Shown: positions 12,470-25,060, counted from the first letter of the stretch. The stretch: DNA of 64,000 nt from Takakia lepidozioides (GCA_030704615.1 CM060733.1:72354001-72418000), one strand, 5' to 3'. Notes: a model not told the origin generated them from the letters alone. A program made the numbers and translations.

Positions 12470-15400
12470 ATGGCAGATCAAAGAAGTGTACAGCCATTGG
12501 GATTAATAAGAGGAGTTAAGATACAGATACAGAAGATGATCTTTATGATCACAGTAACTGTGTTGAAGATGGATGAAGTCATGGAGGCTTACTCCTTATT
12601 ATTGGGACGTCCGTGGCTGAAACAGGCCAGGGTATTCCATGACTGGAATTCTCAGTTACTAACCGTGCATAATGGGATGCACGAGATACAAATTACCACA
12701 AAGAAATCTAGTAGATTACCTGCTACGAGAAGACCTCGAGGGGTCAGAGAGTATGACTGGAGAGGAGGACTGGATGAGGAGCAGGAAGCTACCCTGTTTG
12801 CTGCACACCCAGAGTGGGAGCAGGTTGCAGAGATGCGGCTGGAAGGCCTAAGTTGTTTAAGGGTATCTGCTGTGGTGTAGTGTCAGCAACACCAATTGAA
12901 GAGGAAACCAGCAGTTACCCATCACATTTCTATGAAGAAAGAGAAGGAGAAATGGAAATCCTAGAGGAACCAGCCACTGTGAGTTTACAGGATGAAGTGG
13001 TGACTGGTTGGACAATCACAGCTGATGAGCAGGTGAGGGAAGTGAATGTGGGAACTAAAGAGGAACCGAGGATGGTGAAGGTAGGAGCTGATTTGGAGCC
13101 AGAATTCTTTGAAGAAGCTAAGAGTTTGTTCATCAAATACAGAGATGTATTTGCTTGGAGCTATGAGGATCTAAAAGGGATACCACCTGAAATCTGTCAG
13201 CATAAGATTGAACTGGAACCAGGGTCAGTACCAATCAAGCAGGCAAGGTACAGAATGAATCCCAACTACGCACAGAAGGTTGGAGAAGAGATCAAGAAGT
13301 TGGCTGAGGCTAAGTTTATATACCCAATAGAGTATACAACTTGGTTGTCACCCATTGTGATAGTTCCCAAGAAGAATGGTAAACTAAGAGTTTGTGTGAA
13401 CTACAAGAAGCTGAATGCTTGTACGAAGAAAGATCCTTTCCCTTTGCCATTCACAGAAGCAGTATTGGACACTGTGGCAGGCCATGAGATGTACTCATTC
13501 ATGGATGGCTTCAGTGGTTATAATCAAGTGCAAGTGGCAGAAGAAGACCAAGGAAAGACAGCTTTCATCACAGACTGGGGTGCTTATGCATACAAAGTCA
13601 TGCCCTTTGGACTTTGTAATGCACCAGCAACCTTTCAGAGAGTGATAAGTGAATCTTTTCATGAGTATCTGGATGATTTCATGCAGGTGTTCTTGGATGA
13701 TTTCAGTGTGTACAGCTCTAAGAATGAGCACTTGCATAAATTGGAGTTATGTCTGGCCAGATGCAGGATGAGAGGTCTGGGCCTGAATCCAGAGAAGTGT
13801 ACTTTCTGTGTGAACTCAGGGGTGCTTCTGGGACACATTGTGTGTAAGAGGGGACTTCTTGTGGATCCCAGGAAAACAGAGGCCATTAAAGCCTCTCCAC
13901 CACCAGTGAATGTTAAGAGTCTAAGGAGATTCCTTGGACAAACCATATTACAGAAGATTTGTCAGACGGTACAGCATAGCAGCACCATTGAGCAAACTTC
14001 TGAAGAAAGATGCAGTGTTTGCATGGACACCTGAATGTCAACAGGCTTTTGAGGAACTTACATTGTCAGTAACAACTACACCTGTGCTGATTAATCCTCA
14101 CTGGCAGGAAAATATTTCATGTTCACTGTGATGCTTCTGGAGAAGCAGGAGCAGTGTTAGCCCAAAATGTTACAGGAAGGATAGATTCACCTGTGTACTA
14201 TGCTAGCCGATTGATGAACAATGCCGAAGAAATTATAGCACAACGGAAAAGAAGCATTGGCAATGATCTATGCAGTGAAGAATTCAGGCATTACCTGTTG
14301 GGCAAGAAGTTTATGTTCTATGTGGATCACCAGGCTCTGATATACCTGGTAAACAAACCTCTGATAAGCGGAAGAATAGCAAGATGGTTGATAATCTTGC
14401 ACGAGTTTGAGTTCGAGGTTGTTTACAAGCCTGGGGAGGCTGCATCTTGTGGCGGATCACTTGTCACGGTTATCAACAGGAGAACCAGCCACGGGAGTAG
14501 ATGATCAATTACCAGATGCGAGTCTATTTGCAGTGGAGGTGCAGTGAGATGACTGGTTAGATTGGCAGTGGCCAATCAGATACTACCTTGCTCATGGTCA
14601 GTGCCCACCAAGTTATGGAAAGGAGCAGAGAAAGAGAATTGCTATCAAGGCTCTACCTTACACTATGGTAGGGAGCAGAATGTATAAGCTAGGACCAGAT
14701 GGAGTGCTGAAGCGATGCTTATACCACCATGAAGTTAATAAAGTTTTGGAGGAAGTTCATAAAGGAGTGGCAGGAGGTCATTTTGGAGAAGAGACTACCA
14801 GCAGGAAGATACTACATGCAGGTTACTGGTGGCCTACTTTGTTCAAAGATGTACACAAGTATTGTCAGAGTTGTGATGAATGTCAGAGGCTAGGACCTTT
14901 GCAGAGATCTGGGAAGATGGCTTTGCATCCTACAATGCCTACGGAACCATTTCAGAAATGGGGACTAGACTTTGTTGGACCAATTAACCCACCAGCCAAG
15001 AATACACAGAACAGGTACATAATTACAGCCACTGATTATACTACGAAGTGGGTGGAAGCTAAAGCTTTGAGGGACAACACAGCCAAGTCCACAGGTTCCT
15101 GTATGAGAACATACTTACACGATTTGGCTGTCCCTTGGAATTTATCAGTGATCAGGGAAGTCACTTCATTAATGAGACCATTGAATTATTGACTAAAGAG
15201 TTCATGATTGTGCATAGGAAGAGTACAACATATTACCCACAGGGTAATGGGCAGGCAGAGGCTACCAACAAAATACTATGTACTATCTTGGCTAAGATAG
15301 TCAATGCAAACAGAACGGATTGGGATACAAAGCTGCTGACAGCTTTGTGGTCATACAGGACTTCATATAAAGTCACCACTAAGTATACACCATTCCAATT

Positions 15401-15800
15401 AGTTTATGGTATGGAAGCTTTACTTCCAGTGGAATTCCTGTTACCTACCATGAGAACGGAATGGGGAAAGAGAATGGAATTGCAAGATTCAATTAAGGTC
15501 AGGAAACATGAATTATACCATGTGGAAGAAGTACGTGCTGATGCAGCTGATAACATGACCAGAATTCAGATGAAGGAAAGGAACAGTTTGATGAAGGCAA
15601 GATAAAGACTTTTTTAGACGGGAGATTTGGTTCTCTGGTTGCAGAAGAAGGGAAAGATTAAAGCTTCTAAGCTTAAATCACCATGGAAAGGACCTTATGT
15701 CATACAAAAGATGTATGATAACAACACCGCCATGTTACAAACCATTAACAAAGAGATGCTGGGAAGAGTCAATGCCAATAAGTTGAAGGGGTACAGTGGT
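12470..15800 (+). CDS. pol: Pol: protease C-half, reverse transcriptase, RNase H and integrase (several frameshifts)
   Basis: LLGRPWL; RT motifs [46 protein letters not shown]; RNase H PVYYASR...DHQAL; integrase [41 protein letters not shown]. No room for an extra archaeal-type RNase H between RH and INT. Confidence 0.95.
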
Positions 15801-16619
15801 ATCCATGACAAACCATTGCAGCATGATTTGCATGTTGAAACGCAAAAGCAGTCACGGGCTGCGCCAGTGATACCAACGGAGTATGGAGCACTTGTCGCTA
15901 AGCCGAGCATATATGACCAGGGCGGGCAGAACAAGAGGCCCAGCACGGCGCGACACAGCCTATCACAGCCCAGCAAGGCGCGACACAGCCTATCACACCA
16001 GCACAACACAGCCTATCACAACCTACCACAGCGTGTCACAACCTATCACAGCTTACCACAGTGCCACACAGCTATCACAGCGTACCACAGTATGACACAG
16101 CCTGTCACAGCTCAACACAGCCTACTAGGGTTACACAATCCATAGAATCAGTGACAGGTGGACGCAGGATAACTTCAGGGAAATGGCCGGCGGAAGAAAG
16201 GACGGAAGCCAGTTTAGAAAGGGACACGTGGAAGTCAGGGCGCAACACACAGCTGAGAAGGAAGTGCAAGAACAGATGTCATCAAGAAAGAGGACAAGAA
16301 TGGCCGTCAAAATACCTAATTAGCACGTCAATTCGGATGAATGGCGGGCCCATTAATGAATACGGAAAAGGGGCAACAGAACAAACGGCAAGTACAGAAA
16401 AGCGAAATTCTTGTCACATGTGTTATCCTAGTGGACAGTCCAGCAGGGAAAGTCCACTAAAGAAAATTAAATCTAAAATCCAGTCACAGCGGTTACAGCC
16501 AATCGAAAGCCAGAAAAAGGGATCAAGAAATTGGAGGGAATTTAAGCGCAAGAGTCGGCGTCGTTCTAAGTAACGGGCGTCTCGACGGGACAAACCATCA
16601 ATGCTATAGCTTTGAAGCT

Positions 16620-19600
16620 ATGGAGGAACTAACAGACTATACGCTCGCATATTACTTACGCAGTGGCATAGGGACGGAAGAACAGAGCGGATTTTTCTCT
16701 TAATCGATGCTTGCAAGCCCCGCAGGCTTACAAGAAATTACCCATAGCTTTTTGTGGCAACCATACGTTTATGCTTTGTGCCCTGCAGGCATTTCTTCAA
16801 TTGTTACAGCCAAAATTTCTGTGGGTCTAGAATGAAGAGAGTGAGAGGAATGGAAGAAATCAGGGTGAAGAGCACCACAATCCTGCAGAAACAAACGATT
16901 GCTACTCCACAGGCGGTAAAGTTACTGAAGGAGCTGCGATTGGAAGGATTGCAAAGCAAAGATTGGACATTCCCCATATCCCTTACATGTTACATTCTGT
17001 GAGAACTTTGAGCCTAGGACAGGATCAACAACGTTGAAGGGAGTTGAATTAGTAATAACTTCCCCTATAACTACCAGCATTGTTTCGATTGCCATCAGGT
17101 CAGTGCATTTTGAGGAGCACAAAACAGGCAAGGGCCGCCTGCAAATAGGGGCTTTTATTCCAAGCAGGGCGTTTCCTTAAAACTCAGGGTATCGGCTTGT
17201 ACCAAGGCCCGTGTACCCCAGGGCTAAGGGAGGTAGGAGCCAGGTATTGAACGTTCTGTTTGCCATGAAACAGAACCAACAATATTGAGAGCAGATCCTT
17301 CACAGAGGAAATACCAAAAAGCCCTGAGAGGAGAAGCCTGAGGGATAAAGAATGGGCGGACATAATGTACAACCACGCACTGGTAGAGGAGAGATATGAA
17401 AAGATTACAGGGTTCTGCCGCAAAGGTCTCCTATCATAGTGTCTGGCCCAATCATTGCTCAAATAATTCTTGATTCTGGCATACTTGAGCTCGAGAAAGA
17501 AAGGAGATGGAGTGTTTTGGCCGAAACCCACTGCAATGGAAGAGCAAGGCTCTTCAACACAGTGAGGGTGGACAAGGCAGGGCAACCCCAGACTAAGAGA
17601 TAGAGGCGGGGAAAGACTGTAGTGGCGGATCCCTCTACACTGGCTTCAACCAATCACGGAATCCCATGATAATGTTTCCCAACTCTTGTGCCGGAAGGGC
17701 ACAACAGCACAGAAACTGCTATTATTATGGAAGCAGGACCTCAGAGAGGGAAGAGGAAGTTACTTCATATCACATAGCCATCACAATCCCAGATTATCGG
17801 CTTGTCATAGAGTTTTTCCCACAAGTTGTCCATGCAGTTCCACCAGAATAATTGATTTGGAAAAAGAAGGGTTAGATATTCCCACTACAGAACAGGTGGT
17901 GGCAGAAATTGAGAAGGGGACCTTCTCTATGAAATTTTGGTATGGTCAAGGACACAGTGATTCCGGAGGTGCAACGGTTGTCCAGGGGAAACCCTGCGGT
18001 GCATATAATACACACACCTATGACGGAGGTACCACAGGTAGAATGTCAAGACAATGCAGGACCGGTGACGGATGAAGTGGTTCAGGAAGAAAATCTGGTG
18101 GGGCAATGGCCTGAGTGGTTCGTGAGGCATCACACTGTTGAGGATCAGGGAGAACAGCAGCAAGCTCACCATGATGACCCTCAACAGGCCATGCTTATGA
18201 GTTCCATAAGCAGGACACTTAATTTGTTGGGCACTTATGTCAAATCCCATGTTCCAACTTCCCAATTGGCAGCTTTGAGGGAGGAACTCATGAAGGAGTT
18301 TGAGGCTCGACTTGCCACTGAGTGTGCAAACAAGGTCGATGAAGAGGTCACTCTCAAGATGCATCAAGACTTAGAGAGTACAGAAGCGGCTTTGCAATTG
18401 GCCAATGAACAATTGATTGAGGCAGGCCTCGCCCAAGACCAGTTGCACGAAGCACATAAGCAACAGCTATACCAAATGCAGGTGAAGCATGAAAGCAAGT
18501 TGCAAGAAGTGAATGCACTACATACGGAGTTGCAGACAGTGCATGACAGGATGGCCATACAATGTGCTACACTCACAACTATGCTTGACCAAAGTACAAT
18601 AGAAATAAACAGTCAAGCGGAAAGATGTACGAAGGTAGAGGCAGAGAATGTCGAGCAAACGAAACTCATTGTCGATATGAAGAATACAATTTGTCGCAAT
18701 GAGAATACCTTCAAGCAATACAGGCAGGTTGAAGCTGACCAAGAGAGGTACATCCTTGAACACTCATGTCCAATAGAAATGAACTCTCTGTGGCTAACAA
18801 AGCTTGGAAGGAAGCCAATAATCTGGCTGCTGCCTATGCGAGTTGGTTGAACCTCATGCAAAGCGCATGGAGGCTTTAAAGCAGCAGATAGATGTGTACA
18901 GGCTCACAGAGGAGCAGACTCTCAGGGGTGCCACAAGCAACTTGGTGGATAACCACCTTATGCAGGTCTGGTTAGCACAAGGGCCAGTGGAGGGCAAAGC
19001 ACCACGAAAGCTCACCCAAAGCGAGATGAATGAGCTCAGACTGCAAGTGCAGAACATTGCCACAACTACTATAGACAATGTCTATAGTAGAATAGCGGAG
19101 TTACAGGAGGATGTAGACGGCCTGCAGACTCAAGTGGAGGACCTCACTTCAAATATCGACAAGAGAGTCTGTGTACCTGAGGAACAGCTAATGGCTTCTT
19201 ATTTACAAGCAAGAACTTTGGCTTTTCAGTCTTCTTCACAGGGGGTGCAGGAGATGCCAATGGTACAAGAGCCAGTGCCACCAACACCACAACAAGTCAC
19301 TGTGCCAGTAGCTGACCCTGTTGTTACTACAACCACACCACAGCCACCACAGCCTGAGGTATGGGGGAATGCTGCTTTTAACCCACCTAAAACTCCAGGT
19401 GCACGGGAGTACAATAGGGCTATGATTATGCCCTTCAACCAAATTTCCATTGTGTTGGATTTGGCTTGGAAAGAATTTAGTCCTCCGCAGTCATTGGCAC
19501 ATTACTATCAAATCATGCGCATTTGGTTGCCAGTGGCCACTAGGACTAAAGTTCTTCCGAACAATCGACCAATTGAGGATCATCACTTTGCACAGTACTG

Positions 19601-20419
19601 GCATGAGGCAAGTACCATGTTGAAGGAATTAATTGCCTTCCAAGTTGTACATGGATTCATTTATACCAAGACCAAGGAGGTAGCAAGTATTGTCATGGGC
19701 TGTGGGTTATACTACGCTGCTTGTTTTCTGGTACGTTATCACATTGAGCAACAGAAGATGCAACGCGCTTTCTGAATTATTCCAGTGGGGATCATTGGGT
19801 CTTACCTTCAGTGCCACCTCATATGTACCTATATGAGGCAAAAGTTATGATGCAAAAAGATTCTCAGATTCGTTCATGGTTTCATGCGGCCTGGAACAAT
19901 TTGTCAACACAGAAATTCGGGCCTGACGATATTTTCCTTAAGGGACATGAGGCATGGAAATATTTGCACAATTCACAAGTCATTGGTACACCACTCACAT
20001 GGACAGACAAGGAGCTCAGGGTCTTCACCAATTTTGCAATTCAGCGCTTACAACAAGTTTTACAATTTAAACTTCCAGACATGGTGGGACAACATTGTAT
20101 GCCCCAGAGAATTCCAGTTAAAGTTCGACAGTTAAAACACCTCAGGGGGGACGAGGATTCTGATACAACTGTTTCTTCAGCGGACTCTTTTGACATGGCA
20201 GAGGACTATGCAATGCAGATGGCAGAGAAGAAGCGACGGGGGTCTCCTATGCTTGAAAGATTACCTCGATATCAGCCTCCAGAGGGACTGACATATCCAG
20301 GTAGTGTTCAATCATCTCCCTCAACCAGTGACAGAACATGGGCTCGCACACGGAGTCCTTCACGAGACTCTCAACGTCACAAGGGTACTTGCTCACAAAG
20401 GTTTACAAATCCCAAATAG
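16620..20419 (+). CDS. Long 3' accessory ORF of the retrotransposon (coiled-coil plus conserved C-terminal domain), broken into pieces
   Basis: Consecutive ORFs 17942-18850, 18843-19775 and 19811-20419. A homolog at 39018-39650(-) reads through the 19773 stop, and another fragment lies at ~36290-36500. The 5' boundary is approximate. Confidence 0.65.
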
Positions 20420-20440
20420 TAAACCGTGAGGACACGGCTT

Positions 20441-20460
20441 TTTGAAAGGGGAAGGGGTAA
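20441..20460 (+). other. Polypurine tract
   Basis: tttgaaaggggaaggggtaa immediately before the 3' LTR. Confidence 0.85.
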
Positions 20461-21527
20461 TGTTAGAGGACTGTCTGGGACTTAGACACTTTTACGGGAT
20501 CTGTGGGGTACTCTTAATTTTTGCACAGACTGAGACCAATAGGAGCCTTAGGGGTGACAGCAGCGCACTTTAGGGAGGGGGTTACACAGTCCGTCACAGC
20601 CAACACAGCCCGTCACAGCCAACACAGCTCGTCACAGTCCGACACAGCCAACACAACCGTCATAGTCCAACACAGCCAGTCACAGCCAACACAGCTCGTC
20701 ACAGCTTCGCACAGCCGACACAGCCCAACACAGTCGCACAGCCAGTCACAGCCCGACACAGCCGGTCACAGCCGGTCACAGTTTCACACAGCCAGTCACA
20801 GCTTGACACAGCTGTCACGACCATAGGGAACGGATAGCAGGACAGGGAACGACTGTGGGGAACAACATCTGCGAATGGAACATGTTAGTTCACGGATGAC
20901 GGTTAGTGAGGGAAACGGTTAGAACAACGGGTAGGAAGATAAAGCCAGGAGCAAGGACTGGAAAATGATCAATTCTTGGATCATTTCTTGGGGAATCACT
21001 GCTGGAAGGAGTTCGGGGGCACTTCTTGGGGGGACTTCGGACATCACTTGGTGGAAATCAGAACTAGGAAATGAAGCGGAGAGCGCATCTCTGAGCAGAA
21101 AGAGGGAGAGCACGGAGTAGGAGAAGAACGATCTGTTGATACTTGCTGAATGCAAGAAGTAGAGTTGTAATGTAGAGCAGAATAGAGATACCATGGCTTC
21201 AGCCTGATACTTGATAGATATTAATCTGATACATACTTCATACTCACACTGTGTAGAGAGATCTGAGTGAAGCTGTGGAATGAATGGATGAGTTGATGGA
21301 ATCCGATAGATTGCTGAAGCAAACTGATACTTAATTACCAACAGTAAGGTAACTAGCTAACATGAATGCGGGAAGGAAAACAAATAGGAAACATCCCCAT
21401 GATACACTAGCTGTAGGTCATGACTGATTGTTCTGAGTGGGCTGAGTGCTTAGAGATTTCCAACTCTTCTATCTTGGAGTTTCCGCCTCGGATAGCGAAG
21501 GGATGGGTGAGTAAAAGCCGCGCGACA
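20461..21527 (+). repeat. 3' LTR
   Basis: Direct repeat of 8151-9215, followed by the TSD CTTCA. Confidence 0.97.
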
Positions 21528-21532
21528 CTTCA

Positions 21533-21660
21533 CCAAAGTGCGGACCCTACACCCATCTGTTGCTAAGGGGCAACCACATAGCCTCACTCCCAGCTCTTCC
21601 AAGGGCTTTGGTTTGTACCCAACTTTGGGCCCATCTCCCACAAGAACAGTTTTGTGTCCC
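21533..21660 (+). pseudogene. PIF: Continuation of the PIF-like exon after the LTR insertion
   Basis: Removing the element and one TSD restores the frame GAG GCC TTC ACC AAA GTG CGG ACC CTA CAC CCA (EAFTKVRTLHP). No bHLH exon was found downstream. Confidence 0.6.
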
Positions 21661-22005
21661 AGCACATGTGACTTCCATTGTATCTGTATTGCTCAGTGGC
21701 ATAGAGGCATGAACTATTCTGTTCACACAGTTTCTGACAAATTAGACACAGTCAATTGTTCACACAGTCTGTTCAATTGTTCACTGTTCTGTTCACACAG
21801 TCAATTGATGGTCTCTTTCAGGATGTCAATTTCACTGATGATGTCCCTAGATATACTTCTGAAGTGGTTTGCACCTCACCTTCAATTTTCTGCTGAAAGG
21901 ATTTGTTGGTTGCTTGCAGATTTCCACTCCTCAATGTCTATGCCGACATGTCTACAACATGCAAGGTCCTTCCACGCAGTCTCCTAGCTAGGTACACATA
22001 TATTG

Positions 22006-22384
22006 TCATGGTCTCCCATAACTTGTGTCCATTATTGAGTATTGTATCCTTCGAAACATCATCTGCTCGTCTTTGTAGGGTGGTAGATAAAGGGTCTGCA
22101 CACAGGTAGAGGACTGAATGCAAAGGATTATCTTTTCGGTCTAGGAGCATGATGCTCATGCGTCGTGCTCCAAAATACTCCAAAGCTGTCGTAAACACGA
22201 CAAGATGAGTTCTTTCTGCATAGGTCATGCTGTTCACACACCTCGTGAACCAATGGCATTGCACGGGGTCAATGGAGTGGTGGAAGTCGCAGTGTCGTAG
22301 GAAATCTGCCGTCTCAATAGCACAGGTCCCGTTGAACAACACCCTTAGCATCTCTGGAGTGAGTGGATCCAAGCGAGCTCGCAT
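22006..22384 (-). pseudogene. Stand-alone HECT ubiquitin-ligase C-terminal portion (one frameshift near 22120)
   Basis: LTPEMLRVLFNGTCAIETADFLRHCDF...CHWFTRCVNSMTYAERTHLVVFTT, then in another frame SSTCVQTLYLPPYKDEQMMFRRIQYSIMDTSYGRP*. This follows the HECT pattern PEELELL..G..ID..DW / WFW.V...ER..LL.F.T / HTC...L.LP.Y...FG. Confidence 0.7.
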
Positions 22385-22692
22385 TTCTGATTTTTTCTGG
22401 GGAGATGGGGTGGAGATGGCCGTCCGACGCGCAGCCGTCGGTCGGCTGAAATGTAGAGTGGGAGAATAAGCATGAAACTTATCATACCTGCAACCTTTGC
22501 TGAGCCAGACAGTACACATTCTTCCTCGACAGACCGAAAAGACTTCATTTTAAGTTTTTGCAGTTGGTAATGACAGATTAAACCCAGAACTGAATCTATA
22601 TTCAATCAGCTTGCAAGAATTCCTCTTCTATATACAATGGTGTAATTTTCTATAATGCATTCAATTAGAGAACACCTACAGGGGATGGGGCC

Positions 22693-24029
22693 ATGGACAT
22701 CGACCACGACACACTGCACCCGATCACTCCTGCTGGAACATTTATACTCCTGCAACATGGACTTCTCCCTTCCAATTTTGCTGACCAGAATGATGAAAGA
22801 TTTTGGGATGCATTTGTGGATTTCGCATGGAGTGGAGGGTTTGCAAAGCGAGTGGAGAGGGCTGAACGCCGCTGGAGAATATGGCTTCTACAAGAACAGG
22901 TTTGCTTCACCCCCCAATCTCATTTTGAGTTTCTGCTCCCCCCAATAGTTTCCCAGGATTGCCCCCGGTTTGTAAATGCTCATTCTGTGTTGCATTTTTG
23001 CCTGCAGATCAATGCTTCCGCGGGAGAAATTGAGGCTGTGCGGAAATCAGTGCGGGCATGGAGCACCTGCAAAGACGGCGTTTCCTGTGCTCTATCCATT
23101 GGGCTGGAGTTGGAAGATTTTGAGAGCTATCTTGTGGGAAAGATGAGTACCCCTATCGTAACACCCTCCTGTCCGGTGAATGTTGTTCCCCCCATCATGC
23201 CTGTCTCTGCTCCCCCTTCACAAGTCTACCCCTGCCCCCACCCCCCCCCCCCCCCGCCTCTGCTGCAAACAGATCTGCTCGCCCCATATCAGGTCCCCCA
23301 CGTCATGTCCCCCTTGCACCGTTCCCCCCTCTTCTGCTCCCTCGACTTCTTTCAGGTATGCTCCCCCCTCTGCTGCTCCCTCCTCTTCTGTTCCCCCCTC
23401 ATCTGTAGATCTCCAGTTTGATATTGTTGAACTATTGCTGGAGGAGCAGGACGTTCGACGTCTGCTTCCTGAATTCCCTCTCCTAAGAATTGCCGAGGAA
23501 TCTGATGCCATTGTCACCTGGTTGAAACGTCAATGTCCAGCCCGACTGCCTCCGGTCCCTGTTCCCCTCCAAGTTTTTTCTACCATGGACCCTCGACCCC
23601 TTGTTTCACACTTGTATCCTTTGGCCGATTTAAAACACGGCATCTTGCCCCAGTCATATCATGATGCTTTTTGCACCGCAGACTACTCACAAACTGCCCT
23701 ACCATGGATTTGGACTCTTATTGCATGGAGGTTGGCGGACGTTTGGGAATTTTCAGAATCAGGAGACTATGTTGAAAGAAGTGTTCCTGGCAGAGGGTCA
23801 GCTTAGATATGGTACAATGCAGGACAAAATGCAGATCGTCGACTCCTGCCGAGCATTTCTTTGCATGGTGCGTGCCCGAGCGTTTCATGAATTTGTAGCA
23901 ACGGAAACCGCCCACTTCCAAGTTTTGTGGTGCAAGGGCAACGATGCCAAAGGGATACGACGTGCAGCCAAGGCCTGGGAGGATCTATTGTTTAGGCGGG
24001 AGCACATTGATTTGGGACGCTACGTGTAA
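22693..24029 (+). CDS. Unknown, probably transposon-cargo coding region with two diverged copies of one domain
   Basis: LQHGLLPSNF...FAWSGGF...VRKSVRAW versus LKHGILPQSY...FSESGDY...IRRAAKAW, separated by a Pro-rich linker. Confidence 0.35.
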
Positions 24030-24211
24030 GTGCATGCTTTGCCTCTCCAACAGTCTCTCATTGTGAAGATTAGAATTGGAATAGATAAATGGGGGAGCAG
24101 ACTTTACAGTCGGGGATCGGGGGATCAGGGGATCACGGGGGTCAAAGCTAAGACACAAGCGCTTGTCTATGTGATAGGTGAGGCTGAGGCAGCTGATGTT
24201 GGAGTTCAAAA

Positions 24212-25060
24212 CACTACAACAGATCGCGGTATTTATGACTGTATATATGACTATTCTGCAGTCATAAACGGTACATATGACTTCTATGACTGTAAGTCGT
24301 GCAAACCAAGTCAATACAATGAGTACAGGATGGTACGGTCCGGATGACTACAGTCATATGAACCAAGTGATATCTCTCACTGCAGTCATATATACCATAC
24401 TGCAGCCACCGCTGCCGCGCCACGTGGCGAGGCGCAATTGATTTAAAAAATTAAATTAAATTAAAAAAAACTAAAAAAATGAAAACATATGTCAAACGCC
24501 GCGTCGCACCGCATTGTGCCACGTGGCATAATGCATTTTATAATAATGAAAAAACCACGTGGCAGTCCATCTAGGGTACCACGTGCTATCCCTAGCTCGC
24601 ATACTAACCCTAGGGCCATCTTATCCATTTGATTGTACTTAGAGGAGTTTGAACCTACAACCTCTTTACTATAAGAGTTATAGTTCACTACCTGTTAACC
24701 AATACACCCATTAGTCATTCATATGATCATATGGTGTTTAAATTGTATTATACACACCAAATTACAAAGTCCCCAGTAGTCATCATGACTATGTAACCTC
24801 ATCCATGTACACTGTAGTCATGGAAATGACTATGAATGATGAGCTAAATCTGGTCAATTGCCGTTGACCAGCCTTCCGCCCATTCCGGAGCTATGTAGTC
24901 ATACAGACGACTATTTAGATAGTCGTTCATATGACTACAGTCGTATGAACGACTGCGGGAGGTCAATTTCATATAAAAACATGGTGCAGTCATGGTCAAA
25001 GTCATGAAAACCATGACTACCACCGTTTGGCAGTCATAACTACCGCGATCTGTTGTAGTG
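24212..25060. mobile_element. Non-autonomous CACTA (En/Spm) element, 849 bp
   Basis: TIR CACTACAACAGATCGCGGTA at 24212 with its reverse complement ending at 25060; 3-bp TSD AAA on both sides; subterminal ATGACTA/TAGTCAT repeats. Confidence 0.9.

Larger units (their letters stand above)
8151..21527 (+). mobile_element. Full-length Ty3/Gypsy LTR retrotransposon (non-chromovirus, Athila/Tat-like group) with accessory ORFs
   Basis: TG...CA LTRs at 8151-9215 and 20461-21527; 5-bp TSD CTTCA (8146-8150 and 21528-21532); PBS; PPT; domain order gag-PR-RT-RH-INT. Confidence 0.97.

Noticed and set aside
14504-14665. Tat/Ogre-type additional archaeal RNase H
   Set aside because: The gap between RNase H and integrase is too short and lacks the motifs, so no Tat/Ogre lineage call was made.
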